A DNA stretch of 64,000 bases. Origin: an uncultured Spirochaetaceae bacterium. GTDB taxonomy: Bacteria; Myxococcota_A; UBA9160; UBA4427. This document shows, piece by piece, positions 35,124 through 44,698 of this stretch. Below the pieces are notes generated by a model. The model was not told the origin of the DNA and made no database searches. It saw only the letters and a program-made list of their open reading frames with translations. How positions within the stretch are numbered: the stretch's first letter is position 1; the number at the start of each line of letters is the position of its first letter. A program made the translations under genes and the position numbers. The DNA lies in contig CAYTAT010000002.1 in the NCBI GenBank assembly GCA_964435795.1, positions 143,898-207,897 of the forward strand, given 5' to 3'.

Positions 35124-37541
35124 TCACATGAACGAGGGACGCTCGCCGATGACTTTATCTTTTCGCAGCCGGTCGAGCGTTTCCCCATCCAGGCCGAGGA
35201 TGGTTCCGAGCACTTCGTCGTTGTGTTGACCCAACGTCGGGGGAGGTCGCTGATGCAATGCCCGGGGAAGTCCCGAGAAAGCCATCGGCCATCCCGGGTA
35301 GCGGGCTTTGCCAACGTGGGAATGTTCCATGATCTGGAAGAAGGCGCGGGCCTCCAATTGTGGATTGGGCATCAGGGAATGCGGGTTGATGAGGGAGGCG
35401 GCCGGAATTCCCGCCTCCAGTAGTTGGAGCAGAACGGCCTCCCGAGAGTGCTGGGAAAGCCAGGCCTCGATCGCCTCATCGATGCGGTCGTGGTGGGTCC
35501 GACGTCCGGCCGCGCTCGCGTAGCTTTCCGATTGAAGCCACTCCCCGCGACCCATCAATTCGCAGAGGGCCGCCCAGGACTCGTCGTCGGGAATCGCCAG
35601 GGCGATAAGATCCTCGGGGTTGGCTGTGCGGTAGACGCCCTGGGGAGCGGCGACGGGTCCACGATTTTCATCGCGCTCGAGAAGTTGCTCGTAGGCGGAA
35701 AATTCGATCACCTGTTCGGCCGCCATATTGATGGCGACCTCGACCAGCGGGATTTCCACCAACTGCCCCTCGCCCGTTCGCTTCTTATGTTCGAGGGCCA
35801 TCAGCAGGGCGAAGACCGCGTGCATTCCGCCGATGGGATCGCAGGCGCCGCGGATGACGAGGGGGAGATCCCGGTAGCCGGTGAGCCAGGCCAGTCCGCT
35901 CACCTGCTCGACCGTCATTGCGAAGCCCGGGCGATCCCTCCAGGGCCCGTCGAGTCCAAAAGCGGGCATACGAGCCATGATGATGCCCGGATTGATTGCC
36001 CGGATCTCTTCCCAGCCCAGGCCAAAATTTTCCAGCACCCGCGCCGAGTAGTTTTCGATCAGGATCTCCGAGCGTTCGATCAATCGGTGCAGGAGGGCCA
36101 TGCCCTCGTCGCTGTCGAGTTGCAGGGTGATGGCCCGCTTGCCGGGATTCGCCCCGTGGAAGACGGGCGACCACTCCCAGAGGCTCTCGTTGGGAATCGC
36201 GCCGGCGAAGCGCATTCCGTCGGGGCGTTGGATGGACTCGACCTTGATCACATCGGCGCCCATATCCGCCAGATAACAAGTGGCGACCGGTCCCGCCCAG
36301 AAGGCCGTCAGGTCGAGTACCCGCAGGCCGTCGAGGGGCAGGGGGTTGGCATCGGGGTCGACCTTTTTTTCGATGCGTCCGCCGCCCCGACCGGACTCGG
36401 CATTTTCCCGCCGGATCGCGTCGCCGTGCTCATCCAGGCGGGGGGCGCGGGTCGGCGGACGCATGGGGGTCCGCCCGAGCAGGTAGGGGGGGCGGGGCTG
36501 CAGGAATTGATGCGGGCCGGGCCTGAAGACACCCCGCTCCTTCATCTGCTCCATCTCGGGCAGACTCCGGCCATGGCCGACCTGGGCGGCGGGAATCCGC
36601 AGCAGGCTACAGAGCTCGATGATCTCCTCGGTCGTTCGCTCCTGGGTCCAGGATTGGATCATCTCGCGCATCAGATCGAGATGCTGCATTCGGGCCCGGC
36701 CGTCGAGGTAGCGCGGATCCTTGCCGATTTCCGGTCGCTCCAGCAGGGAGCAGAAGTCGGTCCATTGCTGTCCCGTGATGGCGCAGATTCCCACGTATCC
36801 ATCCTTCGTGGGTTCGATCGAGGGAACTTCGATACTGCGGGCCAGGGGGCCGTCGACCCATTGGCCGTTCAGGTCGTGGTAGACCGTGAGGCAGAGAAGC
36901 ATGGTCTCGAAGATCGAAAGATCGACGTGCTGCCCGCGGCCGGTCGTCCGCGCCGAGAGCAGGGCGCTCATGGCTCCGACGGCCGCATAGGAGCCCGCGG
37001 CCCACTCGCCGATCCGCCCCCCGGCGGCCACCGGCTTTCGGTCGGGCAAGCCCCGGTAGGCGATGGATCCGGTCGCCGCCTGCAGGGTGAATTCCGTGGC
37101 GGGGCGGCTCGCTTCGGGGCCCTCGAGCCCCCAGGGCGAGATCGAGACGATCGAGAGGCCCGGATTCTTTTGCCAGAGGGCCGCTTTGGAAATCTGGCGC
37201 TCCGCCAGGCCCCCGGGCCCGAAACTCTCCACCAGGACATCGGCCCGGCCGACCAATTCGAAGAGGTCCCCGCGCCCCGCGGATTGTTCGAGATCCAGGG
37301 CGATGCCGCGCTTCGAAGCATTCAGGAATTGAAAGAGGGCGCCGTCCTCGCCTTCGGGCAGGGGAGTATTCGAGGCGACCCAACGCCGCAGGGGGTCCCC
37401 CGCGATGGGATCCTCCACCTTGATGACGTCTGCGCCGGCATCGGCCAGGAGTTTGCTGCAATAGGGTCCGGCGATCTCCGTTGAGAGGTCGACGACCAGG
37501 CAATTGGCCAGGGCCCACTCGTCGGGTCGATTCGCTTCCAT
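35124..37541 (-). CDS. Tandem double family III CoA-transferase (two CaiB/BaiF modules in one 805-aa chain)
   Basis: Module 1 entry motif is LVVDLSTEIAGPYCSKLLADAGADVIKVEDP (aa about 15). Module 2 is LRVLDLTAFWAGPVATCYLADMGADVIKVESIQRPDG (aa about 406, boundary near 36338). Each is followed by ENxxPG/ESFGPG and aspartate-loop regions. Confidence 0.85.
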   Translation of the reverse strand: MEANRPDEWALANCLVVDLSTEIAGPYCSKLLADAGADVIKVEDPIAGDPLRRWVASNTPLPEGEDGALFQFLNASKRGIALDLEQSAGRGDLFELVGRADVLVESFGPGGLAERQISKAALWQKNPGLSIVSISPWGLEGPEASRPATEFTLQAATGSIAYRGLPDRKPVAAGGRIGEWAAGSYAAVGAMSALLSARTTGRGQHVDLSIFETMLLCLTVYHDLNGQWVDGPLARSIEVPSIEPTKDGYVGICAITGQQWTDFCSLLERPEIGKDPRYLDGRARMQHLDLMREMIQSWTQERTTEEIIELCSLLRIPAAQVGHGRSLPEMEQMKERGVFRPGPHQFLQPRPPYLLGRTPMRPPTRAPRLDEHGDAIRRENAESGRGGGRIEKKVDPDANPLPLDGLRVLDLTAFWAGPVATCYLADMGADVIKVESIQRPDGMRFAGAIPNESLWEWSPVFHGANPGKRAITLQLDSDEGMALLHRLIERSEILIENYSARVLENFGLGWEEIRAINPGIIMARMPAFGLDGPWRDRPGFAMTVEQVSGLAWLTGYRDLPLVIRGACDPIGGMHAVFALLMALEHKKRTGEGQLVEIPLVEVAINMAAEQVIEFSAYEQLLERDENRGPVAAPQGVYRTANPEDLIALAIPDDESWAALCELMGRGEWLQSESYASAAGRRTHHDRIDEAIEAWLSQHSREAVLLQLLEAGIPAASLINPHSLMPNPQLEARAFFQIMEHSHVGKARYPGWPMAFSGLPRALHQRPPPTLGQHNDEVLGTILGLDGETLDRLRKDKVIGERPSFM

Positions 37542-37604
37542 TCATGTTCTCCAGAAAAACGGGGTCCAGGAGGGCCGGGTCGCTGGGTCGAAACGAAAGA
37601 GCCG

Positions 37605-39317
37605 CTAGGCGATATCGGGGGGGGGCGCGGCCTCGCCCGTCAGGACCTTCTTGAGTACTTTGCCCGCCGCATTTCTCGGCAGGGGCTCTCTGCGAATCTC
37701 CCACTCGCTCGGCACTTTGTAGCCCGCCAGTGTTTCACCCACCCAGGTTGTCAGTTCGGGGGCATCGACTTCGGCCTCGGGCGACAGGACCACGACGGCC
37801 TTGACGGCCTGACCGAGTTCCGGATGATCGACTCCGATCACCGCCGACTCTGAAACCCCGGGATGGGCATCGATTCGGTGTTCGATTTCGACCGGATATA
37901 CATTCTCGCCCGAGCGCAGGATCATATCCCGGGCCCGGGAATTGATGAAGAGGTAACCCTCTTCATCGAGGCATCCGATGTCGCCGGTCGCGAGCCAGAG
38001 GTGGGGCTTCAGGACTTCGGCGGTCGCCTCGGGATCGCGCCAATAGCCCAGCATCAGGTAGGGACTGCGAATGTGGATTTCGCCGTATTCACCCGTGGGC
38101 AGGCGCTTTCCGTCGGGATCCCATATTTCGATCTGATGTGCCAGCGCCCCTCGGCCGGCCGACGCTGGACGCTCCTCCAACGCCCGGCCACCGATGGTCG
38201 TGCCCATGCCGCCGGATTCCGAGAGTCCGTAGCCCAGCCCGATATTGCCCCGCGCATTGGGAAAGGCCTCCACCATTCGCTGTTGCAGATCCGGACTCGT
38301 CGGCGCTCCGCCGAATCCGATATTGCGCAGGCTCGAGAGATCGTAGCGACCGAGAGCGGGATGGTTGAGCAGTTGTGGTCCGGCACTGCCCAGGGCGCTC
38401 CAGGCCGTCACCTTCTCCTTCTCGATCAGGCGCATGACGTCTTCGGGATCGAAGCGTGCGTCGCGGTAGACCGTCTTTGCACCCTGGGCGAGCATCATGA
38501 TGGCCGCCGCGTAGAGTCCCGAGAGGTGGAAGAGGGGGACGGTGACGAGGCTACAGGGTTGCTGGGGCGGCGCTTCGTCTCCAGTCGGGGCGGCCGGGGC
38601 AGCCTGGGCGGCGAGCATGAAGCGCTCGAGGCCATGAAGCGATTGGGTCTTGACGAATCCCACCAGCGCGCGGTGACTCACCACCGCTCCCTTGGGTCGT
38701 CCCGTCGTGCCGCTGGTGTAGAGAATCAGGCAGGGATCATCCTCGGCGATCGGCTGCGTGGGCATTTCGGCCGTCTCGATTCCCGCGAGCAGGGCGGGGA
38801 AGCCCGATTCGATTTCCAGTGTCGGGATGTCCAGGTCGAGTTCCCGGATTCGATCCAACCGCTTTCGGTCTCCGATCAGGAGTCGAGGCTCGCTATGATC
38901 GAGCCCGTAGCGGATTTCGTCGGGGGTCCAGAGACCGTTCAGGGCGCTGAGGATTCCGCCGAGGCTGGCCACGGCCCACCAGGTGATGACCCAATCCGCA
39001 CTATTTGCGGCGAGAAGGGCCACGCGATCCCCGGGGCCGATTCCGTATTCCCCGGAGAGTCCCCGGGCGAGACGGGCCACGCACTCGAGGTGCTCGCGAT
39101 AGCGAATCCGGCGCTCGCCGTGGACGATATATTCGTTTTCACCGTGGATCGCCGACTCCAATAAAAGATCCCGCATGGAGCGGGGTCGGTTCTTGAAGAC
39201 GTTCATGCGCTCACCGCGCACTTCCTCTTCGCAGATCTCGAAGGGGCCGCCCGGCCCGATCAACTGCTGGCGAATCTCTTCCGTCGTACTCAAATTGCGC
39301 TCTGCCTTCATCGTCAT
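37605..39317 (-). CDS. AMP-dependent synthetase/ligase (acyl-CoA synthetase)
   Basis: LILYTSGTTGRPKGAV, YGLSESG, GEIHIRSPYLMLGYW, TGDIGCLDEEGYLFINSRARDMILRSGENVYP. Confidence 0.9.
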   Translation of the reverse strand: MTMKAERNLSTTEEIRQQLIGPGGPFEICEEEVRGERMNVFKNRPRSMRDLLLESAIHGENEYIVHGERRIRYREHLECVARLARGLSGEYGIGPGDRVALLAANSADWVITWWAVASLGGILSALNGLWTPDEIRYGLDHSEPRLLIGDRKRLDRIRELDLDIPTLEIESGFPALLAGIETAEMPTQPIAEDDPCLILYTSGTTGRPKGAVVSHRALVGFVKTQSLHGLERFMLAAQAAPAAPTGDEAPPQQPCSLVTVPLFHLSGLYAAAIMMLAQGAKTVYRDARFDPEDVMRLIEKEKVTAWSALGSAGPQLLNHPALGRYDLSSLRNIGFGGAPTSPDLQQRMVEAFPNARGNIGLGYGLSESGGMGTTIGGRALEERPASAGRGALAHQIEIWDPDGKRLPTGEYGEIHIRSPYLMLGYWRDPEATAEVLKPHLWLATGDIGCLDEEGYLFINSRARDMILRSGENVYPVEIEHRIDAHPGVSESAVIGVDHPELGQAVKAVVVLSPEAEVDAPELTTWVGETLAGYKVPSEWEIRREPLPRNAAGKVLKKVLTGEAAPPPDIA

Positions 39318-39470
39318 CGGGCTGGGGGATCCCGGAGCCGCGCCCGGGGCTGGCTTCCATTCGAGAGTTTAACCCTCCCGACTGCGCTTCCACAGTCCGG
39401 GGAGGAGGCCAATGCATGCCGATCGCGTTAGCCTCTGGACGCGCCGCGACGGGCGCAGTGGAGGTCGCGT

Positions 39471-40328
39471 ATGCGAGAATTCGAGGGCAGGGTGGGGGTG
39501 GTCACCGGGGCGGCGAGCGGGATCGGTCGCGCATTATCCAGGCGACTCGGCGATCTCGGAATGAGGGTCGTGATGGCGGATGTGGAAGCCGCCCCCCTGG
39601 CCGAGGTCGCGAAGGAATTTCGCGAGGCGGGATATCGCGTTCTAGACCTCCCCACGGATGTCAGCCAGGCCGATTCCGTCGATGCCCTGGCGCAGCGGGT
39701 GGATGAGGAGTTCGGAAATGTTCATGTCCTCTGCAATAATGCGGGGGTTTTTGCGGCGGGTCGCAGTTGGGAGGCACCCCAATCGGATTACGATTGGGTT
39801 TTCGGCGTGAATGTATGGGGCGTCATCAACGGCCTGAGGAGTTTCCTTCCCCGGATGCTGGAGCACGGTGAGGAAGGGCATATCCTCAACACCGCCTCGA
39901 TGGCCGCCGTGACGACGGCCCCGTTCACCGCACCCTATTATATGAGCAAGGCCGCGGTCTTCTCACTCTCCGAAACCCTCTACTTCGAGATGCAGGCGCT
40001 GAATTCGGCGATCGGCGTCTCGGTCGTTTGCCCGGAACTGGTGGATACCGCCATCGCCAGGGGGGATCGCAACCGTCCTCCGCACCTGGGTCGCAAGCCC
40101 GGAGAGGGCGAATCGGCCGAGCGAGATCTGGTCGAGGACGCGATCGAGGCCGCCACTCCCACGGGTATCGATCCATTGGTATTGGCGGATCGAGCCGTAC
40201 AGGCGATTCGCGACAATCAATTCTACGTATTGGCCGCCGAGGGAGATCCCTGGAGGCGTGCCTGTGATATCCGACTCGAGGATATTCGCCGGGCTCGGAA
40301 TCCGAGTCCGGCCGTGCCCGAGCCCTGA
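39471..40328 (+). CDS. Short-chain dehydrogenase/reductase (SDR)
   Basis: VTGAASGIGRAL, NNAGV, YYMSKAAV (YxxxK). GGAGG RBS lies 6 nt upstream of the ATG. Confidence 0.85.
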   Translation: MREFEGRVGVVTGAASGIGRALSRRLGDLGMRVVMADVEAAPLAEVAKEFREAGYRVLDLPTDVSQADSVDALAQRVDEEFGNVHVLCNNAGVFAAGRSWEAPQSDYDWVFGVNVWGVINGLRSFLPRMLEHGEEGHILNTASMAAVTTAPFTAPYYMSKAAVFSLSETLYFEMQALNSAIGVSVVCPELVDTAIARGDRNRPPHLGRKPGEGESAERDLVEDAIEAATPTGIDPLVLADRAVQAIRDNQFYVLAAEGDPWRRACDIRLEDIRRARNPSPAVPEP

Positions 40329-40386
40329 GCGCGAATTCGCGTCCCGACTGCAGTCGAAACGGGCAAGTGAATTAGGAGGAGAGAAT

Positions 40387-41181
40387 ATGTCCCGGTTGGC
40401 GGGAAAGACGGCGTTGATCACCGGAGCGGCTTCTGGCATCGGGGCCGCAATCGCCCTGCGCTTTGCCCAGGAGGGAGCCCGCATCGCCGGTCTCGATGTG
40501 CAGGAGTTGTCGGATGGCGATTGGGGAGAGGCTGCGCGCCTGGCGGGGGGGGCGCCTCTCAGCAAAGTGGATGTGCGCGACAAAGCGGCCGTTTTGGCGG
40601 CCGTCGCCCAATTGGAATCCGAATGGGGCCGCATCGACATTCTCGTCAACTCGGCGGGGGTTGCCGGGGGAGGGCCAATCCATCTGATTCCGGATGAGGA
40701 ATGGGATCGGGTGATGGACGTGAACCTGAAGGGGACACTGCACGCCTGTCAGGCCGCGATTCCCGGCATGCTCGAACGCGGGGGCGGAAGCATCGTGAAT
40801 CTCGCCAGCATCGAGGGCATCGAGGGCTTCGAAGGGGGCAGTGCGTACAACGCCTCCAAGGGCGCGGTGATTCTGCTGACGCGCAATATGGCGATTGATT
40901 ACGGGCGCCGCGGGATTCGCGTCAATGCCGTCTGTCCGGGCTTCATCGAGACGCCCCTCTTCAGTACCACCCTCGAGTCGGAGGGGATGTCCGAGGTGCG
41001 CGAGAGAATTCGCGAAGCCCATCAACTCGGTCGTTTCGGAAGACCCGAGGAGATCGCCCACGCGGCCCTCTTCCTGGCCTCCGAGGAATCCTCCTTCGTG
41101 ACCGGGCACGCCCTCGCCGTGGACGGGGGATTCACCGCGGGCCATCGCTTCGGAGTGGCGAAGATGATGGGACTCGATTAG
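40387..41181 (+). CDS. Short-chain dehydrogenase/reductase (SDR, classical FabG-like)
   Basis: ITGAASGIGAAIA, NSAGV, YNASKGAV, PGFIETP. ATG at 40387 follows AGGAGGAGAG. Confidence 0.85.
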   Translation: MSRLAGKTALITGAASGIGAAIALRFAQEGARIAGLDVQELSDGDWGEAARLAGGAPLSKVDVRDKAAVLAAVAQLESEWGRIDILVNSAGVAGGGPIHLIPDEEWDRVMDVNLKGTLHACQAAIPGMLERGGGSIVNLASIEGIEGFEGGSAYNASKGAVILLTRNMAIDYGRRGIRVNAVCPGFIETPLFSTTLESEGMSEVRERIREAHQLGRFGRPEEIAHAALFLASEESSFVTGHALAVDGGFTAGHRFGVAKMMGLD

Positions 41182-44100
41182 AAGCTGAAGCGCATCCGGG
41201 CCATGAAATCGTGCTCGACGCTGCGCGCCGCGGATTCGCGGCTGAGAAAGCCGTCGTAGTGCAGGCCGAAGGTCAGCCGGTTGGCGGCCCGGGGTGTCCA
41301 GTCGAGGCCGGCAGAAAATTCGAGGCCCTGTCCGGCTCCGTCGGCTTGGACGCGAAAGGCCTGGCCCGGGGCCTGGCTGAAACGAGCCTCGATGGCGCGA
41401 TCTTCACCCGCGACGATCTGTCTCCAGTCCAGGGCGAGAGTCGGTCGCCAGATGCCGTCGAGATTTTCGAGCAGGTCCGTCCAATATTGATCCTTGTTGA
41501 GAATCGCCGAGAATTCGAAACCGGCGCGCAGGGTGACGACCTGATCGACTTCGTCATCGACGGAGAGTTGCGCCGATGAGTTTCCGGATTCGCTGAAGGC
41601 CGATCTCGTCAGCAACGTATAATCGACCGAGGCCCGGGGCGTGACGAGCCAGAGCCCCGCGTCGTATTCGTATTCGGCCCGCGCATGCACGCCCATGCGA
41701 TCGCCCCCGTATTTCCCCTGGACACTCGCCAGCGAACTGGTGGCTTCGATGCTGCGGGTCTGCTGATGCCAGGCGTGGCCATAACTCGCGATTCCCGCGA
41801 TTTGCAGGGGGCCGCGCCGGTAGCCCGCATAGAGTCCGAGATCGAAACCGTTGAAGTGTCCACGGCCCACGCCAGCCACGTCGATCTCGCCGTGGCTGCT
41901 CCCGATGGCCGCACTGAGCATGAGGTCGGAAGTGATGGGGAAGTCGAAACCGAAGACCAGGCCCGCAGCCGAGTCGTCGTAGGAAGTATGCCCGGCGGCT
42001 CCCTCTCGATCGCCCGTGCGCCCATAGGGACTGAGCCAGAGGTCGAGGTGTCGCTCGCGACAGGGGGGCGCGGTAGACCCGTCCCGGCCGCTTCGCGTCG
42101 AGGCCGGTTCGCAATAGCGGGGGTGCTCCAGGAGCAACTCGATGAATTGATGGCCCAGGTTCAGCACGGCGGTGGCGTGGGCGTCGTAGGCCTCGGGGGA
42201 GAGTTCGTCCATGGCGGCCTTGTAGTCGGGGATGTTGAGGGTCTCCAATTCGGCGAGGAAGGCCTCGAAATCCGCATCCGTGCTCGGGGCGGACGAGAGG
42301 GCCACCAGGGCCTGGGAGATGGACCATTGGATCTCCGAATAGCCCGCGACGATGACGGTGAGCGAAAGAGCATCGGATCCGTACGCGAGATTTTCGATCT
42401 GGACATCCGGATCTTCGGGCAGCGTGATCGTGTCGAATTCCCGGATGATTCCGCCGTCGGCGCGAATCAGGGTGGCGTCCAGGCTGCCCTGGAAGCCGCC
42501 GCCGACCGCGACTTCGAGATCCCCGTCCCCGAGATCGGCGGATCCCGTCACCTGGAGTATCGGCCCGGCGCTCGTCGCGGGGCTGACCAGTGCGCGTACC
42601 CGGGGCTGCGGATCCCCCGGTTGCGGAACCAGGGAGGGGCTCGCGTGGGAATAATCGCCGCCGATCGAAAGCGGAGAATCGAGGCTGAGCGTGCTCTCTC
42701 GGCCCAGCACCAGGTCGACGGCCTCGCGATCCAATACTTCCGCCTGATCGACGATTCGCCACGTCCCCGATTCGACGCGAAGCATTTCGAAGTTCTGGAT
42801 GCGGCTGGCATCGAAGCTCCCGCTCTCGTCGGATTCCCCCACGAGCCAGATCTCGTCCCGCCCCGCCCCGCCATCGAGGGGAGGCTGCGCGCCGACCGCC
42901 TCCAACTCGGCCCCGGCTGCGGTCTCGTAGCGGTCGTCGCCGCCGGCGAGCAGAATCTTTCCCCGGATGAGTCCGGCATTGATGACGACGTCTACGCCGT
43001 CCGAGCCCTGGACCGCGATGCCTCGCCCCGACTCGTCGCCGCGGCTGATGTCGGCGAGGATGCGCCCGCCCACGGCATTATTCAGCCGGCTTTCGGCACC
43101 GTTGCTGCTCGCCTCGATGAATACCAGTGGACCGCTCTCGGCATCGCTGCTCGTCAGCAGGCCTTCGCCATCGCCGCCGGAATTTGGCCCGTTGAAGAAA
43201 TTGCGAAATTCATCGCTCTGGTCAATATCGCTCGAGCCGTCGATATGGATGCCGACGCTATCGAGGCCGCCTACCCGGACTTCTCCAAAATTGCTGAAAG
43301 AGCTATCCGCCCCGGCCCGGATCGCCGTGCTGCGGGCCCCCGAGACTTCGAGAAGGGCGCCGACATCGTTGATCAGGAAGGTATTCGTCCCCGCTTCGAT
43401 TCCGATCGAGTCCGCACCGTTGGAAGTGATGGTTCCGAGGTTGCCGCTGGCATCCCCGTCGTTGCCCATCCTCATTGCCGTGCTGCCGGCCGCCTCGGAG
43501 ATCAGTTCGCCCAGGTTCGCGACCTCCCCGTGGTTATCGCCGGCGGAAATTCCCACGGATCCGGTCGCGGAGGCATCGATCAGGATTCGCCCTTCATCGA
43601 TGTTGTTAAGGGAAGTATTCGCAGTGCCCTCGAAGCCGAGGCTGTTGGCACTCTGCAGGCGGATCGTGCCTTGGTTGACGAGCGTGGCGCCGATATCTCC
43701 CGATGCTCCCCGGGCCTCGACTCCCGAGACCGTGAGTTCTCCCGAATTCTCGAAGTGCGCACCCCGGCCCACACTCGCCCCGATCCCGCGCTCCCCGGCT
43801 ACGTCCAGGCCGCCCTCCTGGAAGACTCCGGCGGAGTTGCCCGTGGCGATTCCGATGCTCCCGGTTCCGAGTACATCGATCTGACCGGCGTTGGTGACTC
43901 GCCCCTGCTGGCCGATCCGGAAGCCGAAGGCATCGGGGCTGTGGACGCTGAGCGTTCCCCCGGCGGCATTCTCGTAGACCGCCGCATCCCCGTCGCCCCC
44001 GGCGATCCCCGCACTCCCCGGCCCGTTGACTTCGATTTCACCCCGATTCGTGATCGCGCTCTGATCGTTGACCCGAACGCCATCTCCGATCGAATCGAAA

Positions 44101-44306
44101 AGGGCTCCCTCTTCGACCACGACGCTCACTTCGTCGATCCCCTCGGGCACCGCGTAGCCCGCGGCATTCTCGCCGCTGCAGCTCACGGCATCCCCAGCGG
44201 CGACCTGGCCGGAAGCGGGCAGACAGGCCCCGTGGGCGGGGACATCGGCGCCGAGGAGACCGGCGGCCAGGGCCAATAGCGCGCAGCCATTGCCCCTCCG
44301 GCGCAT
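41178..44306 (-). CDS. Autotransporter outer-membrane protein (beta-helical G/S/A-rich passenger)
   Basis: Signal-like MRRRGNGCALLALAAGLLGADVPAHG. Long degenerate passenger repeats (..GSIGIATGNSAG.., ..GSVGISAGDNHG.., ..ADSIGIEAGTNT..). C-terminal barrel ends ..MARMRFSF. Confidence 0.8.
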   Translation of the reverse strand: MRRRGNGCALLALAAGLLGADVPAHGACLPASGQVAAGDAVSCSGENAAGYAVPEGIDEVSVVVEEGALFDSIGDGVRVNDQSAITNRGEIEVNGPGSAGIAGGDGDAAVYENAAGGTLSVHSPDAFGFRIGQQGRVTNAGQIDVLGTGSIGIATGNSAGVFQEGGLDVAGERGIGASVGRGAHFENSGELTVSGVEARGASGDIGATLVNQGTIRLQSANSLGFEGTANTSLNNIDEGRILIDASATGSVGISAGDNHGEVANLGELISEAAGSTAMRMGNDGDASGNLGTITSNGADSIGIEAGTNTFLINDVGALLEVSGARSTAIRAGADSSFSNFGEVRVGGLDSVGIHIDGSSDIDQSDEFRNFFNGPNSGGDGEGLLTSSDAESGPLVFIEASSNGAESRLNNAVGGRILADISRGDESGRGIAVQGSDGVDVVINAGLIRGKILLAGGDDRYETAAGAELEAVGAQPPLDGGAGRDEIWLVGESDESGSFDASRIQNFEMLRVESGTWRIVDQAEVLDREAVDLVLGRESTLSLDSPLSIGGDYSHASPSLVPQPGDPQPRVRALVSPATSAGPILQVTGSADLGDGDLEVAVGGGFQGSLDATLIRADGGIIREFDTITLPEDPDVQIENLAYGSDALSLTVIVAGYSEIQWSISQALVALSSAPSTDADFEAFLAELETLNIPDYKAAMDELSPEAYDAHATAVLNLGHQFIELLLEHPRYCEPASTRSGRDGSTAPPCRERHLDLWLSPYGRTGDREGAAGHTSYDDSAAGLVFGFDFPITSDLMLSAAIGSSHGEIDVAGVGRGHFNGFDLGLYAGYRRGPLQIAGIASYGHAWHQQTRSIEATSSLASVQGKYGGDRMGVHARAEYEYDAGLWLVTPRASVDYTLLTRSAFSESGNSSAQLSVDDEVDQVVTLRAGFEFSAILNKDQYWTDLLENLDGIWRPTLALDWRQIVAGEDRAIEARFSQAPGQAFRVQADGAGQGLEFSAGLDWTPRAANRLTFGLHYDGFLSRESAARSVEHDFMARMRFSF

Positions 44307-44638
44307 GCGCGCCGTCGATGCAAGACAAGAATCGCCGGGCGAAGTCACGCTTTTCTCTTCCGCTCGGTGCTGGCCGCGCAGATCGAGGGGGGAGCCATGC
44401 CGGGCCTATTCGTCTCGCCGTGGATCATGGGATCCTTCCCCCTGCGGATCTCCGCCATGGATTCGGCATGAATCCGGCCGCCCGACCGTCGCGATTTCCG
44501 GTCGCCCCCGAAACGGGGAGATCGGCTATCCGAATAGCATGGGCGGCCCGGGCCCGCGAGCGGGCGGCTGCAGGGCGCCGCCCGCGGGTCCGGGCGGGGC
44601 GGTTCTTTCATGGTAATTTCTGGGGGCCCGATTTCGGC

Positions 44639-44678
44639 CTATCCGGCTATCCACCTATCCGGCTATCCACCTATCCGG
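44639..44678. repeat. Five tandem 8-bp units CTATCC(GG/AC), equivalent to a 16-bp unit x2.5
   Basis: Read directly, 20 nt upstream of the LLM start codon. A further GGCTATCCG copy lies near 44524-44532. Confidence 0.9.
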
Positions 44679-44698
44679 CGTCCATATCGGGGGCGAGC

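Noticed and set aside
35424-37484. 686-aa + strand ORF (and the 365-aa ORF at 36607..37704 on the minus strand)
   Set aside because: These are shadow or alternate frames of the double CoA-transferase gene, with R/G/P-rich sequence.
41685-44279. 864-aa + strand ORF
   Set aside because: It is antisense to the autotransporter. It has low-complexity G/A/R/D composition, no signal peptide and no motifs.
44639-44678. Possible CRISPR-like or minisatellite array (also 31015-31059)
   Set aside because: The units are 8-16 bp with no spacers and there are no cas genes. They are simple tandem repeats, not CRISPR.
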